A DNA stretch of 64,000 nucleotides from Bacillota bacterium (GTDB lineage Bacteria > Bacillota > Clostridia > Oscillospirales > Oscillospiraceae). The notes beneath the pieces were generated by a model. That model saw only the letters and a list, made by a program, of their open reading frames with translations. It did not search any database and had not been told where the DNA came from. How positions within the stretch are numbered: position 1 is the stretch's first letter; each line of letters opens with the position of its first letter. Where the stretch lies: assembly GCA_030529825.1 (NCBI GenBank), contig JAUMWD010000008.1:321-64320 (forward strand), in the 5' to 3' direction. Positions 27,693 to 36,052 of this stretch are shown here, piece after piece. The position numbers were made by a program, and so were the translations under genes.

Positions 27693-28700
27693 ATGAAGAA
27701 ATTTGTAGCAATGCTTCTTTGCCTCATGATGGTTGTTGCTCTCTGCGCATGCGGTGAAAGCGGCAGCCTCGATGACGCACTCAACAACAGCGCCAAGGAA
27801 GATGTTATTGACGGCAGCGCAGGCCTCGCAATGGGCACCGGCGGTGACTCCGGCACCTACTATGCAGTGGGCGGCGTTATCTGCAAGGTAGTCGGCGACA
27901 AGACCGGCCTCGACCTCACCGCAGTTGCAACCGGCGGCTCCGCAGACAACCTGCAGAACATGGGCCTCGTTTACCAGCTGGCAACCGTTCAGTCCGACGT
28001 TATGACCTATGCATACAACGGCACCAACACCTTTGCCGAAAGCGGCAAGCTCGACAATTTCCGCGTTCTCTGCGCTCTCTATGCAGAAACCGTTCAGATC
28101 GTAACCCTCGACCCCAGCATCAAGAGCGTTGCCGACCTCAAGGGCAAGTCCGTCTGTGTTGGTGACCAGGGCTCCGGCACCTACTACAACACCGTTGACG
28201 TTCTGGCTGCATACGGCATGACCATCGACGACATCAAGCCCGTATACCAGTCCTTCGCCGACTCCACCGAGAGCCTGCAGGACGGCAAGATCGACGCCGC
28301 ATTCCTCTGCGCCGGTGCTCCCACCCCCGCAGTTTCCACCCTTGACTCCGCAAAGCCCATCTACCTCGTTTCCATCGACGACGAGCACATGGCAAAGCTG
28401 CTTGACGCATGCCCCTACTACGCATCCTACACCATTCCCGCAGGCACCTATGAGTCCTTCAAGGAAGACACCCAGACCGTTACCGTAAAGGCAACTCTTA
28501 TCTGCTCCGCAAACCTCTCCGATGACTGCGCATACAAGCTCGTATCCGCCATCTTCGAGAACAAGGACGCAATCACCGAGCTGCACGCAAAGGGCGCAGA
28601 GCTTGATCTCACCTTCGCAACCGACGGTATCGCCGTTCCCTTCCACGCAGGTGCAGCACAGTACTTCGCAGAGCAGGGCATCACTGTAGCAACCAAGTAA
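27693..28700 (+). CDS. TRAP transporter solute receptor, TAXI family (lipoprotein)
   Basis: 335 aa; lipobox VALCAC; GTGGDSGTYYAVGG motif typical of TAXI receptors. Confidence 0.85.
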   Translation: MKKFVAMLLCLMMVVALCACGESGSLDDALNNSAKEDVIDGSAGLAMGTGGDSGTYYAVGGVICKVVGDKTGLDLTAVATGGSADNLQNMGLVYQLATVQSDVMTYAYNGTNTFAESGKLDNFRVLCALYAETVQIVTLDPSIKSVADLKGKSVCVGDQGSGTYYNTVDVLAAYGMTIDDIKPVYQSFADSTESLQDGKIDAAFLCAGAPTPAVSTLDSAKPIYLVSIDDEHMAKLLDACPYYASYTIPAGTYESFKEDTQTVTVKATLICSANLSDDCAYKLVSAIFENKDAITELHAKGAELDLTFATDGIAVPFHAGAAQYFAEQGITVATK

Positions 28701-28726
28701 TCTAAACCAAAAGTTTATAGCGAATT

Positions 28727-28758
28727 TAAACTACGGCGTCTTTCGGCGCCGTAGTTTA
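28727..28758 (+). promoter_or_regulatory. Intercistronic stem-loop 1 (12-bp stem, no U-run)
   Basis: taaactacggcg / cgccgtagttta with 8-nt loop. Confidence 0.5.
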
Positions 28759-28780
28759 ACCCGTATTTTAAGGGCTTTCT

Positions 28781-28826
28781 GATATTTACCAAAGGACGGA
28801 CTCTCATCCGTCTTTTGGTAAATATC
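28781..28826 (+). promoter_or_regulatory. Intercistronic stem-loop 2 (20-bp stem with one G-U)
   Basis: gatatttaccaaaggacgga / tccgtcttttggtaaatatc, loop ctctca, ending 30 nt before the permease ATG. Confidence 0.55.
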
Positions 28827-28855
28827 AGTATGCACCCGGAAAGGATACTCCACCT

Positions 28856-30910
28856 ATGTTCAAGAAAAGCAAAAAGAATATTAACGAAAATCTTGAAACA
28901 AAGACCTCCTCTGCCGCAGCAAGCGAGGAAGTGAGTGTTGACGAAGTTATGAAGAAGTATGACAGGGAGTCCAACACCCGTATATGGGAGGGCGTTCCCA
29001 AGTATATAGTCATGACTATAATGGCGCTGTTTTCCATCTTCTGCATCATCATGACTCTGTTCATCACCACCGATGACCGCATCAGACTCACAAGCTTTGT
29101 GGGCAGCGCTCTTCTCATGGGCTACCTTGTATATCCCGCAAAGAAGGGCTCACAGCGCGTCAATCATATGCCCTGGTATGACATTATTATCATGGTGGCC
29201 GGCGCAGGCGCATTTTTCTATTACTGCTTCAACGCCTCCGACATTATTGCCCGTGTAACGCACATCTACTCCTATGAGATCATCATCGGCCTTATAGGTC
29301 TGCTTGCTCTCATGGAGCTCTGTCGCAGAAGTGTCGGCGTTCCCATTCTCGTTGTTGCCGGCGCATTCATGCTATACGCCTGGTACTACTTCAGCTTCAC
29401 CAAGCACCTCGGCCCCAGTGCCGGCGGCCAGTACCTCATCTATAATCTTTTCTACAAGACCACCGGTATTCTGACGACGCCCATCAATGTATGCTCTAAA
29501 TACATCGTCGTGTTTATAATTTTCGGCGCCTTCCTTGAGCGAACCGGTATTTCCGAGTACTTCATCAAGCTGGCAAACTCCATTGCAGGCGGCTCCTCCG
29601 GCGGCCCCGCAAAGGTTGCCGTCATCTCCTCCGCACTCTGCGGCATGGTTTCCGGCTCCTCCGTGGGCAACACCGTCACCACCGGCTCCGTCACCATCCC
29701 CATGATGAAGAAAACCGGCTACAAGCCCGAATTCGCAGGTGCTGTTGAGGCGGCCTCCTCCACCGGCGGTCAAATAATGCCTCCCATTATGGGCGCTGCG
29801 GCATTCCTCATGATCGACTATCTCGGCGCAGAATACTCCCGTATTATCACCTACGCAATTCTTCCCGCAGTTCTTTACTTCGCAGGCATTTTCATCACCG
29901 TTCATCTGGAGGCAAAGAAGCTTGGACTCCGCGGAATTCCCCGCGCCGAGCTCCCCTCCTTCCTGAAGCTTCAGAAGCAGATTTATCTCCTCATTCCTCT
30001 GATTGTTCTGGTCTGGCTCGTTTCCTCAAACACCTATACCATGGCCTTCTCCGCTGCCATTGCAATTTTGCTGGCAATCGCAATCGGTCTGGTTGAAATG
30101 CTGCGCATCGGTGTCTCCGCACGCAAAAGCGGTAACGCTTCAGCCAAAACCTCTCTTGTAAAGGAAACCGCCGTCAATCTCGGCAGCATGATTTTCAACT
30201 CCTTTGCCAACGGCGCCAAGAGCTGCATTTCCGTAATCGCCGCCTGCGGTATGGCCGGCTGTGTTGCAGGCTCCATCACCATGACAGGTCTCGGCTCCCA
30301 GCTCATTAATGCCGTTCTGAAGATTTCCGGCGACCACATCTTTATCGCTCTGTTCCTTACCATGCTTTGCTGCATCGTTCTGGGCATGGGCGTTCCCACC
30401 ACCGCAAACTTCTGCATCATGGCAACCACCTGTGCTCCTATCCTCATTGAGATGGGCATTGACAACACCGCAGCATACTTCTTCGTATTCTACTTCGGCA
30501 TCGTGGCTGACATCACTCCTCCCGTTGCTCTTGCTGCATACGCAGGCTCCGCCATTGCAAAGTCCAACCCCATGAAGACGGCAATAAATGCCACGAAGCT
30601 CGCCATAGCGGCCTTCATTGTACCTTACATTTTCGCCATGAACCCCGTAATGCTGCTCATGAACGAAGGTGTACTCAGCGCAATTCTGGTAATAGTCACT
30701 TCTCTGCTGGGCATTTTCGGCATTGCCGTATGTCTCAACGGACACCTCTTTACCCGTGTTATCTGGCCGCTGCGTATCGCCATCCTCGCCGGCGGACTTG
30801 CAATGCTGGTTCCCGGTCTGGCCACCGACGCCATCGGCTTCGTTGTAGTAGCCGCTGTCGTTTTGTATCAGTACCTCACCGCAAAGAATCACACCCCCGT
30901 CAACGCATAA
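28856..30910 (+). CDS. TRAP transporter fused permease (TAXI-type 4TM/12TM fusion)
   Basis: 684 aa, many TM helices; downstream of the TAXI receptor. Confidence 0.85.
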   Translation: MFKKSKKNINENLETKTSSAAASEEVSVDEVMKKYDRESNTRIWEGVPKYIVMTIMALFSIFCIIMTLFITTDDRIRLTSFVGSALLMGYLVYPAKKGSQRVNHMPWYDIIIMVAGAGAFFYYCFNASDIIARVTHIYSYEIIIGLIGLLALMELCRRSVGVPILVVAGAFMLYAWYYFSFTKHLGPSAGGQYLIYNLFYKTTGILTTPINVCSKYIVVFIIFGAFLERTGISEYFIKLANSIAGGSSGGPAKVAVISSALCGMVSGSSVGNTVTTGSVTIPMMKKTGYKPEFAGAVEAASSTGGQIMPPIMGAAAFLMIDYLGAEYSRIITYAILPAVLYFAGIFITVHLEAKKLGLRGIPRAELPSFLKLQKQIYLLIPLIVLVWLVSSNTYTMAFSAAIAILLAIAIGLVEMLRIGVSARKSGNASAKTSLVKETAVNLGSMIFNSFANGAKSCISVIAACGMAGCVAGSITMTGLGSQLINAVLKISGDHIFIALFLTMLCCIVLGMGVPTTANFCIMATTCAPILIEMGIDNTAAYFFVFYFGIVADITPPVALAAYAGSAIAKSNPMKTAINATKLAIAAFIVPYIFAMNPVMLLMNEGVLSAILVIVTSLLGIFGIAVCLNGHLFTRVIWPLRIAILAGGLAMLVPGLATDAIGFVVVAAVVLYQYLTAKNHTPVNA

Positions 30911-30932
30911 AAATGAAAGATTCGGTAAAAAT

Positions 30933-30967
30933 AAAAAGAGCAGTTTTCTGCTCTTTTTATTTTTTTC
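30933..30967 (+). terminator. Rho-independent terminator of TRAP operon
   Basis: Stem agagcag/ctgctct, loop tttt, long T-run. Confidence 0.65.
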
Positions 30968-31031
30968 TTGATTTATTCACATCTTTGAGTTATTATATCA
31001 TCCGTTGACTATCTTCCGGGAGGAATAATTA

Positions 31032-31436
31032 ATGAAGTTTTTATCCGAAGAATGGTTTGTTGCCCTTGAGGAAAACATTTACCGACTGTTCAATAAGCCC
31101 AGCAAGCTGACCTTTAAATTCTGCGAAGTTTTTGAAAACTGCCCCGGCGAGCATTCTCTTGTCTGGGTTGTATATGATGTTGACCGCGGCATTGCAAAGA
31201 ATGTCACCCACGGTTACGATGTCATCCCCGAGAATGATTACCTTGCAACAGGCGACTATAAGGACCACATCAGAGTCTGCAAGAAGGAAATCGATCCCAA
31301 GAAGTCCGTCATCAACGGCACCTTCAAGGTCGACGACCACGATGCCGGCGTAAGTCCCATGAGACTTCTCGGTCTCATCAGCATGTATATGCGTCTTGTT
31401 GAGGCAAAGCAGCTTCCCAATGTTGATTACGAATAA
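31032..31436 (+). CDS. SCP2/sterol-carrier-like small protein (tentative)
   Basis: 134 aa; N-terminus MKFLSEEWFVALEENI and C-terminal INGTFKVDDH..MRLL resemble SCP-2 folds; GGAGG SD. Confidence 0.45.
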   Translation: MKFLSEEWFVALEENIYRLFNKPSKLTFKFCEVFENCPGEHSLVWVVYDVDRGIAKNVTHGYDVIPENDYLATGDYKDHIRVCKKEIDPKKSVINGTFKVDDHDAGVSPMRLLGLISMYMRLVEAKQLPNVDYE

Positions 31437-31437
31437 T

Positions 31438-31467
31438 AAAAAAGGCACCCGTCGGGTGTCTTTTTTA
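31438..31467. terminator. Bidirectional terminator between convergent genes
   Basis: aaaaaaggcacccgtcgggtgtcttttttatt. Confidence 0.6.
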
Positions 31468-31866
31468 TTATTCTTCGTCTATGATATAAATCTGAAATTC
31501 GCCTCTGGCAGTATGCACACCCTCGTCGTTATAGACATTGGTTTCCACTAAAACCACGGTTTTTCCGTCCTTGATAATTCTGCCCTCAGCCCGGAGACTT
31601 TTGCCCACAGAGGGCCGCAGATAATACATATTTCCGCTGAGAGTTACGCCCCTGCGGTTAAGCCGGCTTACAACAACGCCCGCGGCCACATCACAAAGGG
31701 AATATACAAAGCCGCCGTGGGCCATGCCCCAGGGATTCATTGCCTCGGGCCGAAGCTCGCCCTCCACGACACAGTTGTCCTCCCCTATGTCCGTGACTGT
31801 GATTCCGTTATACTTGTTGTAGGGGCAGCGTTCGTTGGCTCGCTGCAATAATTCTTCTTTAGTCAT
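31468..31866 (-). CDS. PaaI-family hotdog thioesterase
   Basis: 132 aa from ATG 31866 (SD AAGGTGG); GMAHGGFVYSLCD motif. Confidence 0.75.
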   Translation of the reverse strand: MTKEELLQRANERCPYNKYNGITVTDIGEDNCVVEGELRPEAMNPWGMAHGGFVYSLCDVAAGVVVSRLNRRGVTLSGNMYYLRPSVGKSLRAEGRIIKDGKTVVLVETNVYNDEGVHTARGEFQIYIIDEE

Positions 31867-32003
31867 ATTCATACCACCTTGTTTCCTAATTATATCCGCC
31901 GGCTTATGTATCGTCAAGCGCAAAGGCATGGCTGACGCGCCAAACTCCCTGTTTACAAGAGGAAAAATCTCGTGTATAATATTTTAGCTAAAAATTATAA
32001 GGA

Positions 32004-33119
32004 ATGATAAATATGCTTGAATTTGAAGAATATAAGGTAAAGCTCAACGGACTCAAGCCCACTCTCGACGGTCTTGCCGAGGCTTTGCACCTCGACGCCG
32101 CAAACAAGGAGATTGAGGAGTTAGAGGGCCAGAGCGCCCGTGACGGCTTCTGGAACGATGTGGAGAACTCACAGAAGGTACAGAAGCGCATCGCCACTCT
32201 GAAGAACAAGGTGGAAAAGTATTCAAAGCTCTGCACTACCTGGGACGACCTTTACACTCTTTGTGAAATGGCGCTTGAAGAGGGCGACGACAGTATGCTG
32301 GAGGAGCTTCAGGCAGACTACACCGCCTTTGAGGAAGCTCTCGAGGCAATGCGCCTCGGAACCCTGCTCACCGGCGAATATGACGCAAACAACGCCATTC
32401 TTACAATTCATCCCGGTGCAGGCGGCACCGAGGCACAGGACTGGGCATCCATGCTCTACCGTATGTACACCCGCTGGACAGAGCGCCACGGCTACAAGTA
32501 CACCCTCATGGACTGGCAGGACGGCGACGAAGCGGGTATCAAGTCCGCTACCATTAAGATTGAGGGTGAAAACGCCTACGGCTTCCTGAAAAGCGAAAAC
32601 GGCGTTCACCGCCTTGTCCGCATCTCCCCCTTTGACGCCAACGCAAGACGCCAGACCAGCTTCTCCGCTGTTGAGGTAATGCCCGAAATCGCCGATAACA
32701 ACGAAATCGAGCTTCGCGATGAGGATATAAAAATGGATGTTTACCGTTCCAGCGGCGCCGGCGGTCAGAAGGTCAACAAGACCTCCTCTGCAGTCCGTCT
32801 CACCCATATCCCCACCGGCATAGTAGTTGCCTCCCAGGTTGAGCGAAGCCATTTCCAGAATCTCGAAAACTGCCGTCAGATGCTCCGTGCAAAGCTGGCG
32901 GAAATCAAGGAGAGAGAGCATCTCGAAAAGATTTCCGACATCAAGGGCGTTCAGATGAAGATTGACTTCGGCTCCGCAATCCGTTCCTATGTTTTCATGC
33001 CCTATCAGCTGGTTAAGGACCAGCGGACGGGATTTGAAAACGGCAATATCACAAATGTTATGGACGGCGATATTGACGGTTTCATCAATTCCTTCCTGGC
33101 AATGAAAGCCGCTAAATAA
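32004..33119 (+). CDS. prfB: Peptide chain release factor 2, encoded in one frame (no +1 frameshift site)
   Basis: 371 aa (start 32004 or 32013); RF2-specific SPF (RISPFDANARRQTSF) and GGQ (SGAGGQKVNKT). Confidence 0.9.
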   Translation: MINMLEFEEYKVKLNGLKPTLDGLAEALHLDAANKEIEELEGQSARDGFWNDVENSQKVQKRIATLKNKVEKYSKLCTTWDDLYTLCEMALEEGDDSMLEELQADYTAFEEALEAMRLGTLLTGEYDANNAILTIHPGAGGTEAQDWASMLYRMYTRWTERHGYKYTLMDWQDGDEAGIKSATIKIEGENAYGFLKSENGVHRLVRISPFDANARRQTSFSAVEVMPEIADNNEIELRDEDIKMDVYRSSGAGGQKVNKTSSAVRLTHIPTGIVVASQVERSHFQNLENCRQMLRAKLAEIKEREHLEKISDIKGVQMKIDFGSAIRSYVFMPYQLVKDQRTGFENGNITNVMDGDIDGFINSFLAMKAAK

Positions 33120-33144
33120 GCCGTTTTCAAATCAAGGCAGCAAA
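33037..33144 (+). repeat. Direct repeat copy 1 (last ~26 codons of prfB plus 25 nt downstream)
   Basis: 108 nt, identical to 33226-33333 except 3 positions. Confidence 0.9.
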
Positions 33145-33225
33145 GCTGCCGTCGCCGCTTGCGGCGGCGCGAGGCAGCGCCGAGCAAGACATTTTAATAA
33201 TGCTTTTTTCGCGCTTTGCGCGCAA

Positions 33226-33333
33226 AAAACGGCAATATCACAAATGTCATGGACGGCGATATTGACGGTTTCATCAATTCCTTCCCGGCAATGAAAGCCG
33301 CTAAATAAGCCGTTTTCAAATCAAGGCGGCAAA
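33226..33333 (+). pseudogene. Direct repeat copy 2: orphan duplicate of the prfB 3' end
   Basis: Offset 189 nt from copy 1. Differences: GTT>GTC (synonymous), CTG>CCG (Leu>Pro) and one post-stop A>G. No upstream prfB body. Confidence 0.85.
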
Positions 33334-33342
33334 ATAAAGAAC

Positions 33343-33371
33343 AAAAAAGCTCACCGACGGTGAGCTTTTTT
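33343..33371. terminator. Bidirectional terminator (prfB / acidic protein gene)
   Basis: Stem gctcacc/ggtgagc flanked by A6 and T6. Confidence 0.65.
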
Positions 33372-33376
33372 ATTTT

Positions 33377-33820
33377 TTATTCTTCTTCGCTTTCTTCGCT
33401 TTCGTCGTCCTCGTCGAACTCGAACTCAAGCTCTTCGCCGCAGGAGGTGCAGAGTACGCTTCCGAAATCTATATCCTCCTGATAGATTCCCATAACCTCT
33501 CCGCAGGAGGGACAGGTGACCTCGAACTCCGCGTCATCACCGCAGCCGCTGCAGCAGCCGCAGTTACCGTCGCAGCCGCCGTCCTCCTCGTCCATATCCT
33601 CACCCAGGGCTAAATCCTCCACATAGGCGATGTCGTCGCCCAGCTCGTCTATGGACTCTGCCATGTCGGCTAAATTTGTCTCAAGATCCTCTATGTCCGC
33701 GGCAAGGGAATCTATAACCTCAATCATAGCCAGCAGGAGCTTGCCCTCACCACTGTTTTCATTGACGCCGAGGCCCTCGGCCAGTCCCTTCAGATATGCG
33801 ACTTTTTCAGATGCGGTCAT
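33377..33820 (-). CDS. Highly acidic Cys-rich zinc-ribbon protein (CD1247 N-terminal-domain-like family, tentative)
   Basis: 147 aa from ATG 33820 (AGGAGG SD); GGCDGNCGCCSGCGDD cluster, then CPSC...CTSC ribbon, poly-acidic tail. Confidence 0.6.
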   Translation of the reverse strand: MTASEKVAYLKGLAEGLGVNENSGEGKLLLAMIEVIDSLAADIEDLETNLADMAESIDELGDDIAYVEDLALGEDMDEEDGGCDGNCGCCSGCGDDAEFEVTCPSCGEVMGIYQEDIDFGSVLCTSCGEELEFEFDEDDESEESEEE

Positions 33821-33853
33821 CACAGTCTACCTCCTTGTGATTTTGCCTTGTTT

Positions 33854-33888
33854 AAAAAAGAGGAGAATTAACTATTCTCCTCTTTTTA
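33854..33888 (-). terminator. Terminator downstream of efp
   Basis: 9-bp stem gaggagaat/attctcctc flanked by A6/T5. Confidence 0.65.
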
Positions 33889-33931
33889 TTATTTCAAAAT
33901 AATGCTTTCAGTATAATTTTTTCTTGAAAAA

Positions 33932-34492
33932 TTATGCGCGGCTGAGATACTCGCCGGTACGGGTGTCGATCTTGACCTTTTCGCCGGGCTCGATAAACAG
34001 GGGAACCTTAATCTCTGCGCCGGTTTCAAGAGTTGCGGGCTTGGTTGCGTTGGTAGCAGTGTTGCCTGCGAAGCCGGGATCGGTTTCGGTTACCTCGAGC
34101 TCTACGAAGAAGGGAGGCTCAACATTGAACACCTTGCCCTTGTAGGAATAAATGGTGCATTCCATTTCTTCCTTAACGAACTTGAAGTTGTCGCCGAGAA
34201 CGGATTCATCAACGGGCTCCAGGTCGTAGGTTTCGGGGTTCATGAAGTAGTAAAGGCCGCCGTCATTGTAGCTGTAAGCCATGGTCATGCGGTCAACGGT
34301 AGCGCTCTCAAACTTTGCGGTGGGGTTAAAGGAAGTTTCGGTAACTGCACCGGTGATGACATTCTTCATCTTGGTGCGGACAAATGCTGCGCCCTTGCCG
34401 GGCTTAACATGCTGGAACTCAACGACCTGCATAACCTGGCCGTCCATCTCAAAGGTAACGCCGTTTCTGAAATCACCTGCTGTAATAGGCAT
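33932..34492 (-). CDS. efp: Elongation factor P
   Basis: 186 aa; [17 protein letters not shown] motif; AGGAGG SD. Confidence 0.95.
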   Translation of the reverse strand: MPITAGDFRNGVTFEMDGQVMQVVEFQHVKPGKGAAFVRTKMKNVITGAVTETSFNPTAKFESATVDRMTMAYSYNDGGLYYFMNPETYDLEPVDESVLGDNFKFVKEEMECTIYSYKGKVFNVEPPFFVELEVTETDPGFAGNTATNATKPATLETGAEIKVPLFIEPGEKVKIDTRTGEYLSRA

Positions 34493-34571
34493 ATAGGTTT
34501 CCTCCTATGTGTTAATTTACAAAATAATTTTAGCTCTAATATTTTACATTATATAATGCTATATTGCAAGA

Positions 34572-34874
34572 TTATTTTCCCTTTGATTTTCTATTTTGTT
34601 GCTTTTTCAGGGCTTTAAGCTCATCCTCGGACAGCTCCGCCTTGCCTGTACGCTTCTCAAAGGCAATCTGAATCATGTAAACCACCAGAGACAGAATGCC
34701 TATCAGGTACAGAATGTTGGTAACCGCTGACGGAATATTGGGGAAAACTTCACCCAAAATAAGGGTAATAAGAATGAAAATAATGCCCATAATCAGCAGC
34801 GGAGTAAAGGATATTTCCTTAAGCTGCCTTTTCTTTTTTTTGGGCTGGCTTCTGTCTGTAACTTTCTTTGACAT
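34572..34874 (-). CDS. Small two-TM membrane protein, Lys-rich at both ends
   Basis: 100 aa from ATG 34874 (GGAGG SD 6 nt upstream, immediately after the pepP stop). Confidence 0.55.
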   Translation of the reverse strand: MSKKVTDRSQPKKKKRQLKEISFTPLLIMGIIFILITLILGEVFPNIPSAVTNILYLIGILSLVVYMIQIAFEKRTGKAELSEDELKALKKQQNRKSKGK

Positions 34875-34887
34875 TTCTGAACCTCCG

Positions 34888-35958
34888 TTAAAGAATAATA
34901 AGCTCTTTGGGTGCGCGGGTAATGTTCTCACAGCCGTTTTCCTTTAGAATAAGAACATCCTCGATGCGTACACCGAATTTGCCGGGGATATATATGCCGG
35001 GCTCCGCGGAGATAACCGCGCCCGGGGGCATTATTGTTTTGCAGCTCGGTGCTGCGTTGGGACTTTCGTGGATATTAAGGCCCAGAGAATGGCCGAAGGA
35101 ATGGCCGAAATATTCTCCGTAGCCTGCCTCCTCAATGACCTTTCGCGCCGCGGCATCGATTTCACAGCCGGGAATACCTGCTCTTGCGGCTTCAATGCCC
35201 GCAAGCTGTGCCTTCAGCACCGTGTCATAAACCTTTTTCATTTCCTCCGTGGCATAAGCCACGGCAACCGTTCTTGTCATATCGGAGCAGTAGCCCCTGT
35301 GGATACAGCCGAAGTCCATGGTAACAAAGTCGCCGGGCTTAACCACCGTGTTCCCGGGAACTCCGTGGGGCATACTGGAATTTGCTCCCGTAACGGCAAT
35401 AGGCTCAAAGGAGTTGCCCTCCGCGCCGTGCTTCAGCAGACGGTAGGTGATTTCCGCGGCAATGTCACGCTCCGTAATGCCCGGGCGGATAATTCCCAGA
35501 ACATCGTCAAGAGCCTTTTCCGCAATGTCCTGCGCCTCCCGGAGATATTGCTGCTCCTCCTCCGTTTTGGAGGCCCGCAGCTCATCAAAAACTCTCTGGG
35601 CAGGAATAAGCTCCATGCCCAGGAGCTCTTCATAGCGGAGATATTCACCGTGGGGCAGAGAGTTTTCCTCCGCACCCAGCTTTTCCACTCGGTTTTCCGC
35701 AAGAGCGTTTTTTATAAGCTCCGTCAGCGGTTTTTCCCTGCCGAGAAGCTCCACACGGACACAATCGTCAACGGATTTTTCCGCCGCCTCAATATAGCGT
35801 GAATCGGTGAAAAGATATGCCTTTTCCCGTGTCACTAACACCGCGCCGTCGGTGAAGGGGAAGCCGCAGGCGTAGCGCTGATTCCTCTCATCGACCGCAA
35901 GAAGGGCATCAAGTCCCGTTTCCACGAGCTTTTTCTGTATTGCGCATACATTGTTCAT
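34888..35958 (-). CDS. pepP: Xaa-Pro aminopeptidase (M24B)
   Basis: 356 aa from ATG 35958 (GGAGGA SD); metal ligand motifs DFGC..GYCSDMTRT, GHSFGHSLGL, SAEPGIY, VRIED. Confidence 0.88.
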   Translation of the reverse strand: MNNVCAIQKKLVETGLDALLAVDERNQRYACGFPFTDGAVLVTREKAYLFTDSRYIEAAEKSVDDCVRVELLGREKPLTELIKNALAENRVEKLGAEENSLPHGEYLRYEELLGMELIPAQRVFDELRASKTEEEQQYLREAQDIAEKALDDVLGIIRPGITERDIAAEITYRLLKHGAEGNSFEPIAVTGANSSMPHGVPGNTVVKPGDFVTMDFGCIHRGYCSDMTRTVAVAYATEEMKKVYDTVLKAQLAGIEAARAGIPGCEIDAAARKVIEEAGYGEYFGHSFGHSLGLNIHESPNAAPSCKTIMPPGAVISAEPGIYIPGKFGVRIEDVLILKENGCENITRAPKELIIL

Positions 35959-36052
35959 GGCCAAAAATCCTCCGGGACAGTTGATTTTAATGTCGAAAAT
36001 ATTATATAATAAATTAATTATAGCATAAATTATCAAAAAACGGGAGAAAAAC

